From the NCBI GenBank assembly GCA_944325445.1, contig CALVAG010000001.1, positions 55,652-119,651 of the forward strand: DNA of 64,000 nt. Reading direction: 5' to 3'. The DNA comes from an uncultured Bacteroidales bacterium (lineage in GTDB: Bacteria > Bacteroidota > Bacteroidia > Bacteroidales > UBA932). The stretch's first letter is position 1; every line of letters starts with the position of its first letter. Of this stretch, positions 9,320 through 17,720 are shown in pieces. A program made the translations under genes and the position numbers. A model generated the notes under the pieces. It was given only the letters and a program-made list of their open reading frames with translations. It did not search any database and was not told the DNA's origin.

Positions 9320-10066
9320 TTAAGATTCTATGTTGCCGTTTGCCACGGTATAGTTTATATATCTTTTTTTCATCCATCGGTAGGCAAAGCAATCCTTGAA
9401 TGGGGCTATGAGCCTGTTCCAGAGGTTATATTTGGAGACTCCGGCCTGACGGGGGAAGTGCCTTACGGCAATCTGCATCATCTTCCCCCCCTCCTGCAGT
9501 TGGATGAGCGCGGGAAAGAAGCGGTGCATGCCGTTGAACATGGGAATGCGTTTGGCATATTCCGTCTGGAATACCTTCAGGGGGCAGCCCGTGTCTATTG
9601 CGTTGTCGTGGGTCATCATTCTTCTGAATCCGTTTGCGATTTTGGATTGCAGGTTTTTGAAAAAACTGTCTTTTCTGTTGGCCCTTATGCCCATTACCAG
9701 CGGGTACTCCTCTGCATGGGGAAGCAGCAGGTTGAAGTCTTCCGGAGAGGTCTGCAGGTCTGCATCTATGTAGCCCACGTATTTAGACCATGTATTGTCG
9801 AATCCCGCCTTGAGCGCTCCGCTCAGCCCGGTGTTCCTTGCAAGCGATATATAATAGAAGTGTTCGTTCCTTTCACAAACCTCCTTTACCAGTTCAAGTC
9901 CTTTGTCTTTAGAACCGTCATCTATAAAAAGAACGGCTACCGACGGTATGATTGAAATTTTCAAAAAATCTCCGAGTACCTTTTCCAACCTGTATATGTT
10001 ATCCTCTTCATTGTAGAACGGTACGAGGATTGTGAAAGTATATTGTGCTGTCTTGTTCATCTGCAT
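9320..10066 (-). CDS. GT2 glycosyltransferase, polyprenyl-phosphate sugar synthase-like (ArnC/DPM1/GtrB type)
   Basis: 248 aa with FTILVPFYNEEDNI, VLFIDDGSKDKG and YIDADLQTSPEDF (DxD). Confidence 0.85.
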   Translation of the reverse strand: MQMNKTAQYTFTILVPFYNEEDNIYRLEKVLGDFLKISIIPSVAVLFIDDGSKDKGLELVKEVCERNEHFYYISLARNTGLSGALKAGFDNTWSKYVGYIDADLQTSPEDFNLLLPHAEEYPLVMGIRANRKDSFFKNLQSKIANGFRRMMTHDNAIDTGCPLKVFQTEYAKRIPMFNGMHRFFPALIQLQEGGKMMQIAVRHFPRQAGVSKYNLWNRLIAPFKDCFAYRWMKKRYINYTVANGNIES

Positions 10067-10079
10067 CTTTTTGTAAATT

Positions 10080-11792
10080 CTAATGCAATCTTATATTTTT
10101 CTCTTCAAATTGTTGGTAATCATACTTCGTGAGCGGCAACTCATCTATCCTTACACTCTCTTCATGGTCTGTAAGGTATCTTCTTGGCACCGCCCTGAAG
10201 TTTTCAGAGCACAAAGATAATTCAGAATTTAAATATTTTGTCTCAATTGAGGCCAAATCGGCCAAAGTGTGGAAAACGGCGCTGCTGGTAGAGAGGGGGA
10301 GAGCCTTGTTTGCAACCATGTTCTGCCATTTTTTTCCGTAATGTTCCCTGTAGCATCCGGAACTCCATGCTACGAACGGTACATGAATCTGGTAGAATGT
10401 GGGAACGGGCGAGGCGTGCAGGAATCTGTTTCGTTTGTCATCGAACAGATCCTCGCCGTGGTCTGACGTATAAAGAAAGAGGCTGATACAATCCTGCTCC
10501 CTTATGGTTTCGATTATCCGGTAGAGAATCCTGTCTGTACTTATGATGGAGTTGTCGTAAGCGTTTACAAGCTCCTTTTTATATCTTTTGGAGATATTTT
10601 CGGCTACATCTGGCTTGTATACCGCATCTGCACTGTCGTACCGCTGGGTATAATTGAAGTGCGAACCGTAGAGATGGACTATTATGAAAAGGTTGGAGGA
10701 TGTAGTGTCCACTATTTTTCTTAATGGTTCAAGCATTTCGATATCATGGCTGTTCCTTGCCGGATTTTTAACGGAAACGGCAATGTCCGCCTCCTTGAAA
10801 TAATGTGCCATGAATGTATGATGATATTCGTGGTTGGTGAGATATGCAGTCTTGAACCCGGCCTCCTTAAAGAGCGTTATAAGGCTTTTGCATCTGTATG
10901 TCAATGCATAGTTTTCTGCGCTTGCAGGTGTAAGAAGCATGGGAACGCTCTTGTGGGTGGTGTTCGATTGGGAGAGCGCATCTTCGAATTTAAGAAGTCC
11001 CGGCAATGTGTCAAGCATAGGCGTGGTGTTGCGGCTGTAGCCATATAATCCCCAATTGTCGGCGCGGGCAGTCTCCCCTATTGCCAATACATATATTTCG
11101 CGGCCGTTGCCCCTGAGCGAATCGCATCTTGCCGCTTCAAACGTGAAATCCCTTGAAGTGGCTGCGTAATCATTTATTCTGTGCCATTTTTTTATGGCGA
11201 AATCCAGATTGTAAATCACGTTATTGGGATAGAGGTCGTATTTTACGCGGAATCCGTCGGGGTGGCATTTTGCTGCCGCCAGGAACGCTATTCCCAGAGA
11301 TAAAAGCGCGGATCCTGTTATGAGCGCCCTTTTTCTGAACCGTTTTTTTATCGCCATGCCGTTTCTGACCGAAACTACCGCAAAACATATCGACGGGATG
11401 TATATTATCAACATGAATATTATTACCGTGGCAATGCTTCCCAACAACTCTCCCGCCTCTGTCGCACTTGTTGTAACAAGATTCAAAAACATGTCTACGG
11501 CGATTACGGAGTTGCCGTACAGCTTGAGCAGTACAAGCTGGAACGCATCCAGTATAATCTTGGGAAACAGTATCAGAAAGAAGATTCCCGGTTTTTTTGT
11601 CGCTGCGAGCAGCAGCATTTGGGCGGCAAGCGGGATTAGCAGGTAAGCGAATCTTGCATAGATGTTCATCCGCTCCGTGATGAGCAGGCAGCAGTTCGTC
11701 ACCATCAGAACCACGCAAAACAGGATATAGAGCCGTTCCTGATTATGTGCAAGAGCGCTTACCGCTCTTCTTATGTCTGACAAAAATTTCAT
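10080..11792 (-). CDS. Phosphoethanolamine transferase (EptA/sulfatase family)
   Basis: 570 aa with an N-terminal multi-TM region and a periplasmic sulfatase-like domain. The domain carries the nucleophile motif YVLAIGETARADNWGLYGY, plus HLYGSH and TSDHGE. Confidence 0.85.
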   Translation of the reverse strand: MKFLSDIRRAVSALAHNQERLYILFCVVLMVTNCCLLITERMNIYARFAYLLIPLAAQMLLLAATKKPGIFFLILFPKIILDAFQLVLLKLYGNSVIAVDMFLNLVTTSATEAGELLGSIATVIIFMLIIYIPSICFAVVSVRNGMAIKKRFRKRALITGSALLSLGIAFLAAAKCHPDGFRVKYDLYPNNVIYNLDFAIKKWHRINDYAATSRDFTFEAARCDSLRGNGREIYVLAIGETARADNWGLYGYSRNTTPMLDTLPGLLKFEDALSQSNTTHKSVPMLLTPASAENYALTYRCKSLITLFKEAGFKTAYLTNHEYHHTFMAHYFKEADIAVSVKNPARNSHDIEMLEPLRKIVDTTSSNLFIIVHLYGSHFNYTQRYDSADAVYKPDVAENISKRYKKELVNAYDNSIISTDRILYRIIETIREQDCISLFLYTSDHGEDLFDDKRNRFLHASPVPTFYQIHVPFVAWSSGCYREHYGKKWQNMVANKALPLSTSSAVFHTLADLASIETKYLNSELSLCSENFRAVPRRYLTDHEESVRIDELPLTKYDYQQFEEKNIRLH

Positions 11793-12970
11793 TAGAAAGC
11801 CTCGTTTATGCTGAACATGAATCCGGATTGGCCCTTTTTGCCGAATCCGTAATCCAGACGTACATTCATTCTCTTTTTAAATTCCCATCTGTATCCTATT
11901 CCGTAGTTGGGCAGGAAATGATTCCATTGAAACGGATTCTGTTTTCCCCAGATCGTACCGCATCCTCCCCATATGGCAATGCCGTGCCTGTTGTATATTT
12001 TTTGCCTGTATTCTATCTGAAAGGAGAGCGCATTGTCGTCTCTATATCTTCCGTCGTAATAACCTCTCATCCGGTTGGAGCCTCCGAGCGTCGCCTTCAT
12101 TGTCCACGGAACGTTGCCGTATTGCAATTCGGTATAAAAGTCCAAGGCGAATACCGCACCTTTCCATGCCTTTTGGTAAAAGTCGAATGTGGCGGTAGTA
12201 TTGAAAAATGGTTTGCCCTGAAAGTCGGTATATCCCTTTTGAAGCAATTTTACGAAGACTCCCTTGTAGGCATTCGGTATAAAATCCCTTGAATCGTATG
12301 AAATCAAGGCTCCATAACTGAAATATCTGGTTATTCTCTCTTCTCCGTTCAGCAGTGAAAGGCCGAAGTCATCGAAATCTGAACCGTGAATCAGCTGGAA
12401 TCCGACAGATGGGCCCATATAGAATCCGTCCGTGATTTTTATCATGAAGTCGGTCTTTATCTCCGCCTGCTTGCGCATATATTTGCAGGAGTTGTCGTCG
12501 TTGTCTCCGTTTTCGAATCCTATTCCCCAGAATGCGCTGGGAAATGAGAAAAAGTAGAGCGTGTAATCTATTCTCCATTTTTCCCTATGGAAAATATTGT
12601 TGCCCCTTACTCCCAACAGATAAAATCCGGTTGTTGTAATGTCTCCGTACAGGGATACGTTGGAATCGGGCGTCAGGGAATCGCCGCGGTGCGTGTTATA
12701 GACTCCGGCCGCCACCATCCCGAGGCCCAGCTTGGTATCGGTGGAATAGTGCGGCCCTCCTATCAGGCTTATATCGAATTTCTTGTCGCTTGTCTTGTTG
12801 GCATCGGCAAAGTAGCTGTATATTTTTTTCCAGACGCTTCTCTTTTTTACGGTATCCTTTACCGTTATCACCTCAATGGAATCCTGCCCACCGGTATATG
12901 CGGATGTAAAATTATCTGTCCCAAGGAAAAGTGAAAGGAAAAGCAGCAGAGTTATTATATATTGCCTCAT
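11792..12970 (-). CDS. Omp85/BamA-TamA-family outer-membrane beta-barrel without recognisable POTRA domains
   Basis: 392 aa with a signal peptide, alternating beta-strand pattern, the LGGSNRMRGY motif and a C-terminal aromatic residue (SINEAF). Its stop overlaps the eptA-like start (TAATG at 11790-11794). Confidence 0.7.
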   Translation of the reverse strand: MRQYIITLLLFLSLFLGTDNFTSAYTGGQDSIEVITVKDTVKKRSVWKKIYSYFADANKTSDKKFDISLIGGPHYSTDTKLGLGMVAAGVYNTHRGDSLTPDSNVSLYGDITTTGFYLLGVRGNNIFHREKWRIDYTLYFFSFPSAFWGIGFENGDNDDNSCKYMRKQAEIKTDFMIKITDGFYMGPSVGFQLIHGSDFDDFGLSLLNGEERITRYFSYGALISYDSRDFIPNAYKGVFVKLLQKGYTDFQGKPFFNTTATFDFYQKAWKGAVFALDFYTELQYGNVPWTMKATLGGSNRMRGYYDGRYRDDNALSFQIEYRQKIYNRHGIAIWGGCGTIWGKQNPFQWNHFLPNYGIGYRWEFKKRMNVRLDYGFGKKGQSGFMFSINEAF

Positions 12971-12971
12971 T

Positions 12972-13943
12972 TTAATATATAATCTTAATATTGTCTACCC
13001 AGAAACGGTTTACAGGGTCGCCTTCGTATGCTTCTCCATGGCTCGAGGAGAACCTCATGATGATATGGGTGGGAGTATCGTCTGCATCTCCCCACTCTAT
13101 TTCCCTGATGGGAACCGATTCTCCTTTGGAATTTATCGTATAGTTCGACAGTTCGAACGGAATAAGTTCCATGAAATCTTCGTAAAATGGTTCTTTTGTG
13201 ATATCTCCGTAATGAATGGGAAGGAAATAACCGTTGTTCCACGTAGTGTCGGTTTGGGTAAACCGGTGATATGCCGTCCCGACCCTTCTCGAGTAGACAT
13301 TTCCGGCCTCATCTTCCCATCTCTTCTGCAGCATGACCACACAGTCTGCATAGTCGTTGTCATTCAGTTCTTTCGGCGCCCCGAACCCCGTTGCTTTGAG
13401 GCGGGCATGGCCCACTACGACTTTATAATCGAAAGTTATCCCTTTGGGCTTGTCCGTGAAAGGAATCCCGACGTCGAGTTTGGACTGCGGATTTTTCGTA
13501 TTTCTTATGGGTTCCAGCATTTTTCCGAGGAAAATCGTGCCGGATGCTATTACATTCAGGTTTATCAGCCCTATGACCTTTATCCTTTCCAATCTGGTTT
13601 CCAGCCTTACGCAATAGCCGTCGTCTCTCTTTTCAGGGTAAACGGAGCAACTGGTTTTTGTTACCCCCTTTACTATTGCCATGACATTCGAATTCGACCA
13701 GACGCAGCCGTCCGGATTTACATAAGGAATCTCTCCCTTGATGCTGTCCCCTTTTGCTATCTCGTAGAGATGTCTGGTGTTTCCGCCTATTATCCCCGAT
13801 TCTTTTATTTCCCGTACAATCCAATTGTCGAAATTTCCCCATTTTTCTATGAGCTTTGCATTGTCGCACTGCCCATACGCCATATTTAATGACAAGAGGC
13901 TGAACAATATGGCAAAAAAGCAATATTTTATTCTAAAAATCAT
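12972..13943 (-). CDS. PCMD-domain (putative carbohydrate metabolism domain) secreted protein
   Basis: The track ORF is 335 aa (12972-13979). I prefer the internal start MIFRIKYCFFAILFSLLSLNMAYGQ at 13943, which gives a signal peptide and removes the overlap with the divergent gene. The family call rests on overall similarity remembered from Bacteroides PCMD proteins. Confidence 0.5.
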   Translation of the reverse strand: MIFRIKYCFFAILFSLLSLNMAYGQCDNAKLIEKWGNFDNWIVREIKESGIIGGNTRHLYEIAKGDSIKGEIPYVNPDGCVWSNSNVMAIVKGVTKTSCSVYPEKRDDGYCVRLETRLERIKVIGLINLNVIASGTIFLGKMLEPIRNTKNPQSKLDVGIPFTDKPKGITFDYKVVVGHARLKATGFGAPKELNDNDYADCVVMLQKRWEDEAGNVYSRRVGTAYHRFTQTDTTWNNGYFLPIHYGDITKEPFYEDFMELIPFELSNYTINSKGESVPIREIEWGDADDTPTHIIMRFSSSHGEAYEGDPVNRFWVDNIKIIY

Positions 13944-13989
13944 TATTTGAAAATAAATGGTTAACTTAGTAGATTCCAATTACTGTGAA

Positions 13990-16068
13990 ATGAGTTGGCC
14001 GACTAAAACGTTAATTTTTGTAATAATTTGGTTGTTAATATCTTGTATTGCAGCTGATGCGGCAAGGCCACCTGCAAATATAATAAAATATAAACAACCC
14101 GACGGTTCGGTTGTTCTGCTTGCCCCGCATGGCGATGAATATTTCTCTTATTACACTACGCCTGACGGAAATATCGTAACGCCGGGGGGTGACAGTTTTT
14201 TTTATTATGCTACACTCGACAGAAACGGTATACATTCCTCGGGAGTGAGAATAACCTTGCAAAACAATACAAAAAGCTCCACTGTTGCTTCGTCTGAAAA
14301 TCTACATGTTTTGTCTGATTTACGACAAAAGAGAATGTCCGGATTGCAGGGAATCTCCGTACGGGCGTCATCTGCTCTTCCGGAAAGCGGCCCGGGTGGG
14401 AAAAAACTTACATATCTGGTGATACCTGTGCAATTCAAAGATGTGAAATTCACACTGGAAAATCCGAAAGGTTTTTTCAACGATTTTTTTAACTGCAAAG
14501 GATATTCATACGACGGGGCGACTGGCAGCGTTGCCGATTATTTTAACGACAACTTCGGCGGGGCATACGATTTTTCTTTCGTAATATCGGATATGGTAAC
14601 TCTGGATAAGGAGTTGGCCTATTACGGAGGAAGGACGGAAATTGCGGCGGATGCCAATATTGAAGAGCTTGTAGTATCTGCATGCGAGGCCGTTTCGAAA
14701 TCCGGGGCGGATTTTGCGGTATATGATAATAACGGCGACGGGTACGCGGATAATGTCGCTATAGTTTTTGCCGGCGTAAACGAAGCGCAGTCTGCACAGC
14801 CCCAGGCGATATGGCCTCAGAAAGGGGATATTTCGCATAGAGGGGTTTCGTATGGCGGGGTGACTATAGGCAGTTATACCTGCACCTCCGAATATAATTG
14901 TACAGATGCGGGAGAATCGTATCCGGCTACGATAGGGCTGTTCTGCCACGAGTTCGCACATGTTCTTGGACTGCCCGACCTGTATGATGTGAACGGTGAA
15001 ACGGAAGGACTGTCGGATGCTCTGTACGGTTCATTGTCACTGATGGATGGTGGCAGCTATCTTAATGAAGGCAGGACACCTCCATATTTCAACTCATTGG
15101 AAAGGGAGATATTGGGCATAGCGGATGTGGAAGATCTGGTTGCCGGAAATGATTATATCCTTTCGAGCGTGGACAAACAGGGACGGCTGTACAGAATCCC
15201 GTCGGAAAATAGCGGAGAGTATTTTTTGGTAGAGTGCCGTAATGCGGAAAAATGGGACCGCTACTGCGGCGGGGACGGTATAGTCGTATATCATATCGAC
15301 AAGTCGGAAAACGTGTACGGAGGCCTGAGCGCAAGCCGGCGCTGGAGCCTGAATGTGATAAACAGTTATGCAGGGCATGAATGCGCAAGGTCGCTGATGC
15401 CTCCGGGCGAAAATAAGATAAAGGAGTTGAGTTACCGCTCGGCTTTCCCGTTGAGGAATTGGGACGGACGTCCGTTGGGGTTGAAACTGTCGGACATAAA
15501 TTATAACGGTACGGCTTTGAAGTTTACGGTAGAAGATGATACCGAATGGAGCGAGGGGGCGGTAAACATTCTTAATGCAACATGTATCGCATTCGATGAA
15601 GATGCCCATATAAAATGGAGCTTTTCTTCGGAGGCCGATACGGTGGGTGGCGTTACAAATATCTATTGGAGGGATTCGGCAGGCAGTACTGCAGGACAGG
15701 CCGTAAGCAGCGGATGCAATTATCTCATTTCCGGTCTGGAGCCCGGACACCTGTATAATGCCGAGCTTTTTTTTGAAAAAGACGGGGAGGCAGGCAATGT
15801 ATATGGGCTCGAATTCAAGACCGATACCGTAACCTCTCCGTATCCGTATATGAAGATTAAGGGGGAGTACAAAAGCGGGGATATGGTCTATCTGAGGGTG
15901 ATGAACAGAAATGAGGAGATCTCTTCGATAAGATATACGGTAAACTCGGATTATTGCGATGATTATGTCGTATTCGGAAGCAGCGGGACCTATGTGGTCA
16001 TGGCTATAATAGAGTATTCAGACGGTTCCAGGGATATAATTAAAAAAATCGTGAAGGTGACGGAATGA
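13990..16068 (+). CDS. M6-family (immune inhibitor A-like) zinc metalloprotease, secreted
   Basis: Contains the HEXXH motif in FCHEFAHVLGLPDLYD. The start chosen at 13990 (MSWPTKTLIFVIIWLLISCIAADAA) gives a signal peptide; the track start is 13957. The C-terminal ~70 aa resemble a T9SS sorting tail (GTYVVMAIIEYSDGSRDIIKKIVKV), which is tentative. Confidence 0.8.
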   Translation: MSWPTKTLIFVIIWLLISCIAADAARPPANIIKYKQPDGSVVLLAPHGDEYFSYYTTPDGNIVTPGGDSFFYYATLDRNGIHSSGVRITLQNNTKSSTVASSENLHVLSDLRQKRMSGLQGISVRASSALPESGPGGKKLTYLVIPVQFKDVKFTLENPKGFFNDFFNCKGYSYDGATGSVADYFNDNFGGAYDFSFVISDMVTLDKELAYYGGRTEIAADANIEELVVSACEAVSKSGADFAVYDNNGDGYADNVAIVFAGVNEAQSAQPQAIWPQKGDISHRGVSYGGVTIGSYTCTSEYNCTDAGESYPATIGLFCHEFAHVLGLPDLYDVNGETEGLSDALYGSLSLMDGGSYLNEGRTPPYFNSLEREILGIADVEDLVAGNDYILSSVDKQGRLYRIPSENSGEYFLVECRNAEKWDRYCGGDGIVVYHIDKSENVYGGLSASRRWSLNVINSYAGHECARSLMPPGENKIKELSYRSAFPLRNWDGRPLGLKLSDINYNGTALKFTVEDDTEWSEGAVNILNATCIAFDEDAHIKWSFSSEADTVGGVTNIYWRDSAGSTAGQAVSSGCNYLISGLEPGHLYNAELFFEKDGEAGNVYGLEFKTDTVTSPYPYMKIKGEYKSGDMVYLRVMNRNEEISSIRYTVNSDYCDDYVVFGSSGTYVVMAIIEYSDGSRDIIKKIVKVTE

Positions 16069-16481
16069 AGAAGTATATGATTTTCATATTGCTGCTTTTG
16101 GCTGCCAATGCCTGCAGGGATGAGTTTGTCACAGATTCTGAATATGCTGAAAAATTCATCACGTTGAACTCTGCCGGCCTTGTAATGGGCGGAGATTATA
16201 TTTATGAATACAATGACCGGATGTGCCAGAAGGTTATGAATGCAGAGAGAATGGTTTTGCGCTATCAGGATGATGACCAATCCAAATTCGTCCATTTCGA
16301 ATTTTTATCATTCCCCATGTATATGGATTATTCCAGCGGCGCCATAGAGGGCAGAATAACCTTTTCCAGCGATGGAAAGATTGTGACTTATGCGATGTCC
16401 TTTGTAATTCTGAAAGATGAGGCGGATAAGTATTGGCTGTGGAATATGGAAAACAGAATGGGAATCATAGCGGAATTTTAG
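16065..16481 (+). CDS. Small lipoprotein of unknown function, translationally coupled to the M6 protease
   Basis: 138 aa with lipobox LLAANAC. The ATGA start/stop overlap at 16065-16068 couples it to the protease. Confidence 0.6.
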   Translation: MKKYMIFILLLLAANACRDEFVTDSEYAEKFITLNSAGLVMGGDYIYEYNDRMCQKVMNAERMVLRYQDDDQSKFVHFEFLSFPMYMDYSSGAIEGRITFSSDGKIVTYAMSFVILKDEADKYWLWNMENRMGIIAEF

Positions 16482-16494
16482 AGCTATGATTCCC
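16460..16494. terminator. 12-bp perfect hairpin between convergent genes (small lipoprotein / histone H1-like)
   Basis: GGGAATCATAGC (16460-16471) pairs with GCTATGATTCCC (16483-16494) across an 11-nt loop that contains the stop codon of the plus-strand gene. A T-rich stretch follows on the minus strand. Confidence 0.5.
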
Positions 16495-16518
16495 ATTCCG
16501 GAAACTTCCTGTTGCTGA

Positions 16519-16695
16519 TTATTTCTTGCTGGCTTCTACTGAAAGCTTTCTGAATTCTTTCATCATTTTGCTTATTTGCAAAGCTGCTTTTCTTGCACGT
16601 GTGCCTGCGGCTTTATTACCTTTGACTAATTGGGCATCTGCATCTTTTGCAAAAGCTTCCATTTGAGCTTTGATTGAATCAACAAGTTCTTTCAT
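16519..16695 (-). CDS. Histone H1-like small basic DNA-binding protein
   Basis: Lys/Ala-rich 58 aa: MKELVDSIKAQMEAFAKDADAQLVKGNKAAGTRARKAALQISKMMKEFRKLSVEASKK. I chose the start at 16695 because a TAATTTTG -7 box (16729-16736, minus strand) lies inside the longer track ORF. Confidence 0.75.
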   Translation of the reverse strand: MKELVDSIKAQMEAFAKDADAQLVKGNKAAGTRARKAALQISKMMKEFRKLSVEASKK

Positions 16696-16728
16696 TGCGT
16701 TTAATTTTTTAAGGTTAGTTTTACCTTG

Positions 16729-16736
16729 CAAAATTA
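16729..16736 (-). promoter_or_regulatory. -7 box TAATTTTG for the histone H1-like gene
   Basis: Exact TAnnTTTG match on the minus strand, 34 nt upstream of ATG 16695. Confidence 0.5.
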
Positions 16737-16747
16737 ACTATTAATTG

Positions 16748-16755
16748 TATTTTTG
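16748..16755 (+). promoter_or_regulatory. -7 box TATTTTTG for marC (very short leader)
   Basis: Exact match 9 nt before ATG 16765, which implies a near-leaderless mRNA. Confidence 0.35.
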
Positions 16756-16764
16756 CAAAAAAAA

Positions 16765-17346
16765 ATGTTAGTATTCAGCGCAAAAGAGATATTGAGCGCT
16801 TTCATGGTGCTCTTTGCGATAATAGATATTACCGGCTCTATTCCGGTCATACTGGATTTGAAAAACAGAGGCAGCAAAGTTTATCCTTTGCAGGCGGTTT
16901 TGGGATCATTCGCGGTTTTCATTATATTCCTTATTGCAGGAGACGGCTTGCTCTCGCTTTTCGGAGTGGACATAGAATCATTTGCCGCAGCCGGTGCAAT
17001 AGTAATCTTTATTCTGGCGATAGAGATGCTTATGGGGGTGGAACTCTTCAAAAATGACGGTCCGGCCGGAAGTGCCACTGTCGTACCTATAATATTTCCG
17101 CTCATAGCAGGTGCCGGCACTCTTACGACACTGCTTTCACTGCGTGCGGAGTTCAGGGTAGAGAATATAGTAGTAGCCATAATTCTCAATATGGCGGTAG
17201 TCTATATAGTACTTTCAAAATTGGAATGGATAGAGAGGTTCCTGGGCAAGGGGGTGATTTTTGTCCTGAGAAAATTTTTCGGGATTATCCTGCTGGCCAT
17301 GTCGGTGAAACTCTTTGTCACCAATGTCGCGAATCTGTTTTCCTGA
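16765..17346 (+). CDS. MarC-family (UPF0056) integral membrane protein
   Basis: 193 aa, hydrophobic, with FAIIDITGSIPV near the N-terminus. The ATG at 16765 is preferred over the TTG at 16753. Confidence 0.8.
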   Translation: MLVFSAKEILSAFMVLFAIIDITGSIPVILDLKNRGSKVYPLQAVLGSFAVFIIFLIAGDGLLSLFGVDIESFAAAGAIVIFILAIEMLMGVELFKNDGPAGSATVVPIIFPLIAGAGTLTTLLSLRAEFRVENIVVAIILNMAVVYIVLSKLEWIERFLGKGVIFVLRKFFGIILLAMSVKLFVTNVANLFS

Positions 17347-17707
17347 TTCTCCCTTTTCTGCGGCAATATAGATGGATTGTTACCCCTATGGCTATGCCAA
17401 GCAGCAATAGCCTTATGAGGCTGTTGTCTGTCGCAAAGGCAATGCAAAGACCGATACTTGTCCAAAGCAGCAGGATTGTTCTAAGCAGAATAGGGGCATC
17501 GATGCCCTCTTTGGCAAAATAGGAGCGTATATAGGGAGCCAGACAGCGGTTGCGCAGTATCATTTTTATGCCGCTTTTCGATGAGCGCATATACAGGAAT
17601 ATGGCAAGCAGCAGAAAGGGCGTGGTGGGAACAAGCGGCAAAAATATGCCTATAAACGCCGCCCCTACGCAAATCCATGCAAAAAATATGTAAATTTTTT
17701 TATACAT
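17318..17707 (-). CDS. YbaN/DUF454-family inner membrane protein
   Basis: 129 aa with FIGIFLPLVPTTPFLLLAIFLY, typical of YbaN. Its 3' end overlaps marC convergently. Confidence 0.65.
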   Translation of the reverse strand: MYKKIYIFFAWICVGAAFIGIFLPLVPTTPFLLLAIFLYMRSSKSGIKMILRNRCLAPYIRSYFAKEGIDAPILLRTILLLWTSIGLCIAFATDNSLIRLLLLGIAIGVTIHLYCRRKGRIRKTDSRHW

Positions 17708-17712
17708 TTTTT

Positions 17713-17720
17713 TAAATTTG
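17713..17720 (+). promoter_or_regulatory. -7 box TAAATTTG for the AGCS symporter
   Basis: Exact match, 44 nt upstream of ATG 17764. It abuts the divergent box at 17721-17728. Confidence 0.5.

Noticed and set aside
9176-9955. 259-aa plus-strand ORF.
   Set aside because: It is antisense to the GT2 and LAB_N genes, which carry clear motifs (DDGSKD, DAD). It has no start context or recognisable domain.
12876-13889. 337-aa plus-strand ORF.
   Set aside because: It is antisense to the PCMD-like gene and the end of the Omp85-like gene. It has a low-complexity Arg/Phe/Tyr/Ile composition, no signal peptide and no motif.
13944-13989. Longer N-termini for the PCMD gene (start 13979) and the M6 protease (start 13957), which would make the two divergent genes overlap by 23 nt.
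   Set aside because: The internal Met codons at 13943 and 13990 give canonical signal peptides right at the N-terminus and remove the head-to-head overlap. This remains unverified without TSS or N-terminal data.
16696-16764. Track starts at 16731 (histone-like gene, 70 aa) and the TTG at 16753 (marC).
   Set aside because: A TAnnTTTG box for the histone-like gene lies inside the 5' extension (16729-16736). The TTG at 16753 lies inside the plus-strand -7 box (16748-16755). The shorter ATG starts fit the promoter geometry and the typical family N-termini.
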